Part shown: in pieces, positions 23,876 through 33,574 of the stretch
Numbering within the stretch: position 1 is the stretch's first letter
Layout: the number at the start of each line of letters is the position of its first letter
From: Parasitella parasitica NRRL 2501
Lineage: Eukaryota; Fungi; Mucoromycota
Assembly: GCA_025201805.1 (NCBI GenBank)
Contig: MU619275.1
Coordinates: 1-33,574 of the forward strand
Length of the DNA: 33,574 bases
Reading direction: 5' to 3'
Program-made: the position numbers and the translations under genes
Notes under the pieces: model-generated
Seen by the model: only the letters and a program-made list of their open reading frames with translations
What the model was told of the DNA's origin: nothing
Databases searched by the model: none

Positions 23876-25847
23876 ATGCTTGAGGTTACTACTATCACTA
23901 CTCCCACAGACAAGCACGAAAATCCATCTCCTATTAGCCCTCCAACATCATCAACACCAATTTATATGTCAACCACCAACAATTACTCACTCTTTGACTC
24001 TTCAACACATTGGCTTCCATTAAAGAACACAAACCCAATGTTACGTAAGCACTCTGTGCAAGTTGATGGCGACGATTTTCCAGCCAATGCAGCAGCAACA
24101 ACTGATTACTGGAGAAGGTCGTCTGCGCCCAATATCGCCAGTTCATGTACTCTCTGCTTCAAATCATATCTGCAACTATACAATGTTTCCTGTGGGCAGC
24201 ATCAATTCTGCCGTGCTTGTCTCAGTAACAATATCAACAATTACAACAATGCACAGTTACAAGCTACCTGTCCATTATGTACACAGGTAAAAAAAAAAAA
24301 AAAAAAAAAACAAACGGCATGATTGTGTGATGTTTCAATTAACCCCTTGACTACATAGCATAGCATACATACCACATCAACACCATCAACAAACGCCACC
24401 TTCTCCGGTCAACAAGATTACGTTTTTTCAAATGCTTATTACCCTTCTCAGCACTTGGCCAGCTATTATCCCTGTGCCAAATTAACAAATGTAGGCTTAC
24501 ATGTTTCAATTTATTTTCATCAATCATTAATTTTCTTTAATTTAAGATCCCCTGGGACGTATCTCAAAACGACGTCCGTCAGTTCTTCGGAAACTGTCGA
24601 ATCCCTCCTTCATCCGCTTCTTCTCAATCCATTCATGTAATGTTAACTATCTCCTGGCACAACTTGGATCCCTTTTTAATAAGAACCCCTTATTTATATA
24701 GATTATGATGGACCGTACCACTGGAAAGACATTATCTGACGCTTACGTTGAGTTTGCATCCGTCCAAGATTTGCGTCGTGCGGTTGACACAAAGAACCAA
24801 AAACCACTCAAGGGCAGAGTGGTGTCTGTAAGTGAATGCTGCCAAGAAGAGCTCCTCAAAGTTGTGTTTCCCAAATGGAGAGGTCAATTTCAGGGCATTT
24901 CAGCTATCCCTCCTAGCAGTGAAGTCATGAAGTCCATGACAACTGCTGCTGGCGGCGGAAACTCCCCTGGCTGTCCACCTTTCATTACTCGTGAGGAAAT
25001 TAATTCAATGCTGGTTGTGTGCAAAAACTATAAGGTACATACAAAATACAGAAGCATGTTGTCGAATAGATTTGATCCTAACAACAACATCATAATTTAG
25101 CTTCATTTTTCGAGAAAATGCGCTGAAAGACCGTTTGAAAACATCATCAGTGTAATTGCAAAATACCCTTGGCATCAAACAAATCTTGTCTCAACTATGC
25201 ATAGAGACCATATTTATGAAATGTTGAAATTGGCAATCGAGTCCCTGAAAACACACCTGGCAAAGGACTATGTACAAATTGATACAACACTGCTCGAGAG
25301 GCTAGTACGTGCAGGCATCATGTGTCCTGCGTTTACAGAGCGTCAAAAAACAACTTTATTACAAGCTTCTCGCATGGAATGTCCACAGGATATTGTTGGA
25401 TTTTTGATTGCTACCAATGCAACAACTGTACACCCTACATCCATGAATAATAGCAACGCCAAACAACAGCTTTATTCGCAACAATCAGTCCATCCTTGGG
25501 AGGTTATGAGCGAGGAAGACGATCTATTGTTCACGCCTGCCAGTATGTCGCCCATATCGTCTATCATTCGAGATATTCAGAAGAACTGTTCGATTGACGA
25601 CACTGTATCAACTGCTCCCCCCACTCACAAGCAACCACCCAATCATATTCATCCATTAGCCAACAATGGTATTCCCTTATTATTGCAGCCAATCTCTAGT
25701 CAGCTCGAGCTTAAGCAGCGCTTGTCTACTCACGCCAAACATAATGAGTCCCCATGGCCGCCTTCTTTCAAATCCAAATCACCTTCTGATATTTGGAGAA
25801 TGAAATTGCCTGTAGAATCTTCAAAGAGTTTATTGACCGTCTTATAA
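23876..25847 (+). CDS. RING (C3HC4) plus quasi-RRM RNA-binding protein, 5 exons
   Basis: RING CTLC..CGQHQFCRAC..CPLC in exon 1. The RRM AKLTNIPWDVSQNDVRQFF...IHIMMDRTTGKTLSDAYVEF...PLKGRVVSV is assembled across GT-AG introns 24287-24358, 24491-24546, 24637-24701 and 25035-25100, all frame-preserving. A helical region FSRKCAERPFENIISVIAKYPW follows. Confidence 0.85.
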
Positions 25848-25978
25848 TCTTAACAAGTATACGGTTTATCCAAACACAAATGCCTTTATTTACATTATTC
25901 AGGCCTTGCAGCACATCCTCCTCCCACCTCAGATTTCTTAATTACATATATCATTTATTCCAATAAAACAAATAAGAT

Positions 25979-26933
25979 TTAATAATAACCAGGCAAAATA
26001 AACTCCAGTTTTTTGACAGTTTCAGGGTTTCTCTTTTCTGGGGCAGTCATTCCCGAAAACTTCATAGATCCCTTCAAATTAGGCACAAGAGTCTCTTGAG
26101 ACACGGCCTCTTCGAGATCGGGTAAAATAGCATGTAATAAAGTCTTTGCATTTTTACCATTGTTACCCATATTCTGCATGACAGTTTCAACAGTAACCGC
26201 TTCTTCATTTTCTCTCCAGCAGTCGTAATCAGTTGACATGCAAATCATTTGATAGGCAATCTCAGCTTCACGAGCCAACTTGGACTCGGGCAAAGCGCTC
26301 ATGTTGATCACATCGCCACCCCAAGAGCGATACATGTGTGATTCAGCACGAGTAGAGAAAGCAGGTCCTTCCATACAAACGGCGGTCTTCTTTTGGTGCA
26401 ATTTGGCTCCAAATTCAAGCACCTTTTCATGCTTGGCAATCAAATCAGACAGGCCAGCATGGAAGGGTTCAGCAAATCCAGCATGAGCAACAACGCCCTC
26501 GCCAAAGAAAGTCGAGGGACGAAGTCCACGGGTACGGTCAATCAATTGGTCAGGCAAAATGAAATCACAAGGAGGAATCTCTTCACGAAGAGACCCAACA
26601 GCAGAGAAGGCAATAATGACTTGCACGCCGAGATGTTTGAGAGCGGCAATGTTGGCACGGACAGGGACTTCAGTGGGTGTCAAGTAGTGGCCACGACCAT
26701 GACGAGCCAAGAAAGCAATCTTGTTGCCGCTAGGAGTCTTGGAAATAATAATTTTGTCACTAGCGAATCCCCAAGGCTACGAATCCTTGTAAACACTTGC
26801 GGCTAATGGTGAATAAAAACATAATACTTACAGTCTCGGGATTTACTTCCTCAATGACTTCCAAACCTTCGAGGTTATAAAGACCGGAGCCACCGATAAC
26901 GGCAATCTTGACATCGTGAACTGTATTGACCAT
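25979..26933 (-). CDS. MEU1: S-methyl-5'-thioadenosine phosphorylase (MTAP)
   Basis: MVNTVHDVKIAVIGGSGLY, TPWG, FLARHGRGH, RANIAALK, SAVGSLREEI, MEGPAFSTRAES, DVINMS and STDYDCW. One intron at about 26778-26831. Confidence 0.96.
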
Positions 26934-29096
26934 TATTTGGTTATAACGAAAAAGAAAGAGTCAAATGCAATGGCCCTTTTCCATCAAAATCGAACCGATT
27001 TTTTTTGTTGCAGTCACCAATCTTCTTCTCACAACGCACCAATGACCTAGCAACGCCTTAAAGCTTTGTTAAATGTGGAACTTTACTATTCAAATTCTTG
27101 TCCAAATTTAGAAATTAAGGAAATCAATTTTGCCGTAAAAAAGCCAAAAATCTGTTTACTTAATAAAGCAGCAGTTGCTTGCAGATAAAAGTACAAATTT
27201 TGGGATGCATTTTCGATCTATAGACGTTATAATAAAACTTTTATTTCAAAGCACAAGTTCAAATCATTTGTGAAGAGTACCTCATGCAAATATGAAAAAT
27301 GTTGTGACCCAAAAAATTAGAAAAACGTTTTGCATAACATCTAGTCAACGAATGTCATCGTTTGGTGCGATTTTGAGCATTACAGCATCAATGGCGCCTC
27401 TGGAGCTCCGATTTATTCTGTAACGGTATCGTAAGGATGAAACACTAGACAATTTGATTCGCAACAAGATCAAGAGGCCTTTTATAGTTTTTGATAACTT
27501 ACAGTGCATAGCTGTAAGCGAGACGCTCAACAATGTAATATCTAAGCTTTTGGGTATGGCAAAGACTTGGATGATTACAAATTAACGTCGAATTATGGAT
27601 AGTAAGATCAAATGCAATAATAAATAGAATGTATCGATCATGACTCTTAAAAGTTTCAATGCATTCATGTATTTACGATACCAATTACCCAGTTTCAACA
27701 TCAATAATCTTCATTTTGGGGTGATTTGGAGTTTGAAAGGCCACTGTCTGGCTGTTTAACACCTTAGATTGTTTCCTCGCCTATCTTAGCAAGTTCTTAC
27801 TGTGCCCTTTCTCTTTGGCATTTTCGCTCCTAGTATAATTCTATGGCTAGTAAGGGGGGGGGGGTTTTTGGGTACTTTTTGTCACGTTACATGCAGGGTT
27901 CTTGTTGCAATAGATTTCAGACTGACATTGGCTAGGTATTTGGAGGGTGGGGTCTAGTTTTCCCTGTATTTCATAAAGCCCATCTACTAAACAAAGTATG
28001 CATTTTGTTTGGTAGGATTTGAAGGTCTCTTGGTCTTTTGCGCCCTGACACTTTTTGAATGCATTTATATCGTTCTGCGGATTTGGTTGAATACTTGTAT
28101 TCGAGCAATATTTGCAGAGGCTATTCAACTAAACCATGCTCTTTGGGTAGCTGATTCTGGAGAAGCTTGTCTGAAAATGTCGGTCATACATTAGCAAGTA
28201 CGCAAGTCTATGTTGCCAATGAAATGTATTGTGTAAGAGCTGCTGCCATACCCTGTCGGCAAACTATATTGGCTAGGCCTCTGTCGTTTAGTGGACTTTG
28301 GAGAATTACAGTTACAGGGAAAAGCGCTTTGAACAAAAAACACAGTTAAATAATTTTGGCCATTGATAACGATTGCCCTTTTACACGAAACTTCGATACT
28401 ATGCATTCAACATACATATATCACCATTCACAGTGCATCGGCAAGTACACTGTGGCAAGTATTAACGTTCAGCACGTACAAATGAAAGTTCATGGCGGAT
28501 GTACTGACAAGTGTGCATTCACGGTCAAAACTTCAAGTAGAAAGTGCTCGCCTTTTATCAACGCCGAGCAGTGGCGCTAGCAGAATATATGGTAAGAATA
28601 GCTAATTTTCGTAGTGCTGCAAAGAACAAAAAGATGGTTGTTTGATAGGCAGTTATCCCTTCCTTTTATTATATTCTCTCTAAAATTGAGATCCTAGAAA
28701 CACAGGTTTAATAAAGAACTGCTCGATAGTTATTGATTCAACCTATGCTCAACTGATATTAACTTGCCAAGTCCATTCCTGAGTGTGCTTTAATCTTCAA
28801 GATTCAACAAACAGTGCCTCTCATCACTAAATCTAGCGAATCTAACCTTGACCTTAAATGAACTAAAAGTCATGCTTAAAGAGTTGATTAAACTACGTAT
28901 CTTCTTTTGGCTGTGGGCTCAAGAGTGTAACGATTGCTACCATTTTATTTAGCCTATGTGGATATCCCAAATGTGTCAATGAGCACCAGCTACTGTGACT
29001 GAAGAGCCAACTAAAAGCACCACGTAAATGGTCTCAATCTTTCGAATCCTCTTGATACTACGTCTTTTTACATTTACCATCTTAATTTAATACACA

Positions 29097-30346
29097 ATGG
29101 CAACATCGTTTAAGGATAGAACAAACGAATTCCACTCGATGTGCGAGCGTATCAACACAAGAATCCACACACCGACATCCATATTGGAGCGAAGAGCTCT
29201 CTTATCTCCAGAGCCCTCGAATACTAGCAGAACAAAGAACAGTAAAAAAGCTCCTCAGGCTCGCTCTGAGTTTGCTGTTATGGCAGCTGAAATTAGCAGA
29301 CAAATAACAAACACAGCAGGAAAACTAGAGAAGCTCACCAGACGTAAGATTGTATTCAGCTTTTTCCCTTCCAAGAAAATACAACTAATGATAACGCACA
29401 GTTGCCAAGAGGAAAACATTATTCGATGACAAACCTATTGAGATTAGTGTAATTATTGCCAGATGCGAAATTTAGCGGGCATGTGCTGACAGTTTGAGTA
29501 TAGGAATTGACGTTTATTATCAAGCAAGATATTGCCAAGTTGAACAAGCAGATTGCCATGTTGCAAGACTATACCAAACATCAAAAGCAGGTATCAAAGC
29601 AAGCAACAGAACATACATCCAACGTAGTTGTTGCTCTGCAGAGTAAGTTGGCAGACACATCCATGTCCTTCAAGGACGTTTTGGAGATAAGAACAGAAAA
29701 CATGAAAATGTCAAAAGATAAAAGGGATCAATTTTTATTTTCGACAGCAGAGCAGGGAACAGATCCAGCATTAGGTGAGTGCTCTTTTGCAGACAATGAA
29801 ACACGCTATTAATATCAGTGAAAAAAGCCAATTCGCCCCTCCTGAAATCTCGACGCCGTGGATTGGAAACGACGTCTACATCGCCACAATCAGCCAACAA
29901 CGTAGCCGTCTTGGAAGAAACCAAAGAGCTTGAACAAGAGTCTACCTTGTCGCTGGGGATACCCATGATTACTCAGCAGCAGCAGCAGGAAATGATGGTG
30001 ATGGAACAGGATAGATATATTGATCATAGATCTTCTGCTATTGAAAGCATTGAAAGCACTATAGCTGAGCTAGGGGGTATATTCCAGCAATTGGCAACCA
30101 TGGTAGCAGAGCAGAGAGAGACAGTGCAAAGGTAAGGGCACGCTGAGATTGTTGGTGTTTGTCTAGTACTTGCTAAATAAATCCAACAGAATTGATCAAA
30201 ACACGGACGATATCGAGATGAATGTAATGGGAGCCCAAAGAGAATTGTTAAAGTACTATACAAGCATTAGCTCAAATCGATGGCTACTAATCAAGATTTT
30301 TGTAACCATCATTTTATTTTTCTTGCTCTTCACATTCATCATGTAA
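29097..30346 (+). CDS. SED5: cis-Golgi t-SNARE syntaxin-5
   Basis: N-peptide KDRTNEF, KLEKLT.LAKRKTLFDDKPIEISELTFIIKQDI, SNARE motif IESTIAELGGIFQQLATMVAEQRETVQRIDQN, and a C-terminal TM (SNRWLLIKIFVTIILFFLLFTFIM*). Four introns. Confidence 0.96.
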
Positions 30347-30810
30347 TTACACAACACAGCCTCTGGAATAAAAGTAGGAATGATAACCGAGTCCCTCAAT
30401 CATGCCGTATTAATATACTACATCAAGTTTGGTGTCTAGTGTCAGGTTATTTTGGGCAGTGTAGAAAATCACGGTTTTTAGTTGACGGTCCACAAAAGAT
30501 GTATTATTAGAGATGCCTGAAGAAACTGCCAGTAAAAGCGACCTGCTTGGCTCTTGATGTAAACTTATCTTCTTGTTCGGCTAAAGAGAGAGGGAGAGAG
30601 AGGGGGAGCAGTTGCTATTCACTACACATTTCCTACAAGTGGTGCAAGCAGACCAATTTGTACGTTTCATTAGAGGCAATATGGCCAATTAAACAAACGT
30701 GATTTGAAAACACTACTAGTGTCATTCTCTTTTATTTTAGGCTTGAACTGGACCCCCCAATTTTATCCTTTTCTTCTTCTTTCTGTAAAAAAATAAATAA
30801 AGAAAAAACC

Positions 30811-32855
30811 ATGTATTTTCATAACCAAGGCAATACGAACTTTGCAGAAAACAGAGACAGTGTGCACTATAAAAATCCGCCAAATGAATACCATCCAAAC
30901 ACAACGCTGAATCCAAACGATGATACTATTGAGCCTCAGGAATCCCCAATTGATTTTCTGAACAACAACAACTTGCAGCTCGATGCCAACCATTTATTCA
31001 GCGAATCTTGCTTATTTGAGCCAACCATCCACGCCAACTGGGAAAACCAGCAGGAGCAAGCATTAGACAGTACACAGCATGAGGCTATTTTGCTGGCAGA
31101 CCCGAATTTTCTACGCCAACATCAATTGTTGCGGGATCAGCAGCAAGGAGAGGAGGTGTCCAATTTGACAGCCATGTTCGAGCCTCACAAACAGGAAACG
31201 CAAGCAAAGAGGAAACCGAGCCGTCGTCAAAACGCAACTGGAAAAAGTGTGGAGGATCATGGTATCGACGATGGTGATGAAGCTAAAATTGATCACCAAC
31301 GCCGATTTAATGAACTGCAAGCTCGTTTTAGGGTAAACTATGCAGCCAAACCATCACAGTCCAAAGGGAAATCTTCAAAGAAACACTCTACATCGCCGCA
31401 GCCACACAATACAACTACAAAACGTATTTCCACAAGCGGCAAATCCTGTAAGGAAGACGCTGCGTCCTTACCTGTAAAAGTCGAACATGTGCTTTCACAA
31501 GCGGAAGATCAGCAGAAGCCACCTGCACCTTCTGTTATCGGAGGTCTTGTCATGAACACAAGCAATAACGTGGAAGATAGTTTTCCACCCAAAGAGCTAA
31601 CTGCTGCCGTTCCTGCGCGCACCTTACCCATTCAAATTCAACGTGTAACACGGCCCAATAGCAACCAACCCTTCGACGCCGAGTCCCATCAAAGACAGCT
31701 AGACAGCCAATTAACCAAAGTAGACTTTGACGACATTACTGTATCCGAACTGAAAGAAATGCTGAGACAAAGGGGTAAGCCTGCTACAGGTAAGAAGGCC
31801 ATACTGCTGCAGCGATTACAAGAAGAGCGGGATCTTGCAAAGGGCGGAAGGAGTCCTGGAAGCAACCGTGTTGCAAATCGCCATTCGCAGCCTTTACCCT
31901 TTTCTCGCTCCCTAAATCTCCCAGAAACACCTAAACAACACAGACCTCGATCTTTTCAGGGCGGTGGTAGTTCACCTGTCGCTATCAGTACGATGGATGG
32001 CGGCAGTGCTTACCACACTACTGCCTCGTCCGCATCTCCATCAATGCCAAGCTTCCTGCCTCCTGGCTCTCCTGGTGGTCAATTGAATCGTTCCATTGCA
32101 AACATGCACATCGGATCACCACCCGCAACTAGCTCCACCAGACGTTATTCGCCGTATTCTCCAAGATTAAGCAGCTCTCCGAAGACTACGCAGCATGAAT
32201 ACTCTTCTTCTGTGCCTTTATACTCTGGTGATCTACCATCATCACCCGGCAATAACAACTCGTGCATGCAAAATCCAAGTAATGCCAATAGCCACAATGG
32301 TAACGGAATGATGTTGTCGTCTTCTTATTCTACACGACCTACCACATCACGGTACTATAACAACCCAAAGACCTACAAACCATTCACATCCTCCGCATTA
32401 GCCACACCTGACAGAGAAGAAGATGTCAATCCATTCGACAGCTACTATGCTAATGTCAGATCTCCCATCTCTGCAAACAAAGTTACCTCTGAACCAGAGA
32501 CGCATAACAACCATGCTCTCGACAGTAATAGCAGCGCAATGAGTAACGTCGATAGCATGGATTGGTCAGATCCAAGCGCTCTTGAACTGCTACTGCAACA
32601 AGGTAAGGTTCCATTTACTTTGGCAAATGGGCACATGACCAACATTTGTTAGGCACGTACAACATGAACATTGCCGAGATGATCGGCCAGCCGCTTTACA
32701 GTGACGATGTTGTCTTGACGAACGAGCAAATTATGGCATTGCTGAATACTCAACAGGCAGCCCCACCCTTTGAGTTTAGGTTGAACGAAGCTAGTTTTAC
32801 GCCAGATCAACCTTTATATCAACAACAACAACAGCAGCAGGAACGTTATAGCTAA
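30811..32855 (+). CDS. SAP-domain low-complexity nuclear protein
   Basis: SAP motif FDDITVSELKEMLRQRGKPATGKKAILLQRL. Intron 32603-32652 joins the last ORF. Probable 5'-UTR intron at 30660-30740. Confidence 0.85.
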
Positions 32856-33291
32856 TTTATGTTTGTTCTTTTATTTTTTTTTTATTTTTTTATCAAGCCT
32901 GCTCTCTATCGTCATTTTCGTCTTTACCAATATCTATAACTTTCCTCCTTGAGCTAACAGTTTTTTTTTCTTGTACATTATCTTATGACTACGTAGCTCA
33001 ACCCTCCCCCCCCATTTCACCTTTCGTATATATTTACAAACACAAGTATAAAGACGGTCTGATGTTTACAACAACGCCATGTATTATCAACCCTGATTTT
33101 ATAAAACTTCATTTTGAACTAGGTGTATATGGTAAATGTATGAATCTACACTTTACATTCAAATGCAGATATACCGGATTTTGATATCAAATTAGTGACA
33201 TTTTGTTATTTTACTGTTTACAGTCGACGAAACTAGGTTGGGCCAGTAAGAAAAAATTTGGGTCATCTTAAAATTGAATTTGGACGTCGCA

Positions 33292-33413
33292 ATGAAAGTG
33301 GGACACCAGTATGAAAATGGGACAGCAATATGAAATTGGGACACCAGTATGAAATTGGGACACGATTATAAAAATGAGACGCCAGTTTGGAAATGATACA
33401 TCAACATGAAAGT
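33292..33413. repeat. 19-bp tandem array, about 6.4 units, consensus ATGAAA(A/T/G)TGGGACACCAGT
   Basis: Units start at 33292, 33311, 33330, 33349, 33368, 33387 and 33406 (partial), and decay towards the right. Confidence 0.9.
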
Positions 33414-33574
33414 AGAATATATTGAGACACGCCTAGTTTTGGCCAAATGCGTGAACTAGAGGGTATAGTCCTATTATACCTAGCATGAAAAGTAATAAAT
33501 AGGCTATCAGAATACTATGCTATGATACTACAGAGAACTCAGGGCTTTTATCAATTCTAAAAAAGATGAGGTCA

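Noticed and set aside
16170-26933. Nucleoside-salvage gene cluster (ENT plus MTAP)
   Set aside because: The two genes are separated by ~8 kb and unrelated genes; two housekeeping genes do not support a cluster without synteny data.
33292-33413. CRISPR-like array
   Set aside because: The units are contiguous with no unique spacers, there are no cas genes, and the context is eukaryotic.

Overview
Eukaryotic, intron-rich, AT-rich fungal DNA that looks like Mucorales (Mucor-like); this taxon call is inferred from short GT-AG introns and gene content. The first ~2.2 kb is LTR-retroelement debris. Eleven spliced protein-coding genes follow: CBP80/NCBP1, HAUS6 (augmin, with a GC-AG intron), an unusual membrane-anchored repeat protein with three Nab2-type CCCH fingers, Rab11/Ypt3, a Pex23/Pex30-family DysF peroxin, an equilibrative nucleoside transporter (ENT, with an obligatory 8-nt microexon), an NDT80/PhoG transcription factor, a RING+RRM protein, MTAP/MEU1, SED5/syntaxin-5 and a SAP-domain protein. 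Two elements are not evident as such from the ORF track. One is a decayed Fanzor (eukaryotic TnpB-like RNA-guided nuclease) gene with a structured right-end segment that may be its omegaRNA scaffold. The other is a box H/ACA snoRNA with a perfect guide pocket for the 18S hypermodified pseudouridine (snR35/SNORA13 site), lying just downstream of the ENT stop codon, possibly inside a 3'-UTR intron. The window ends in a 19-bp tandem array. All exon structures were inferred by eye from splice consensus and reading-frame continuity; no database searches were run.
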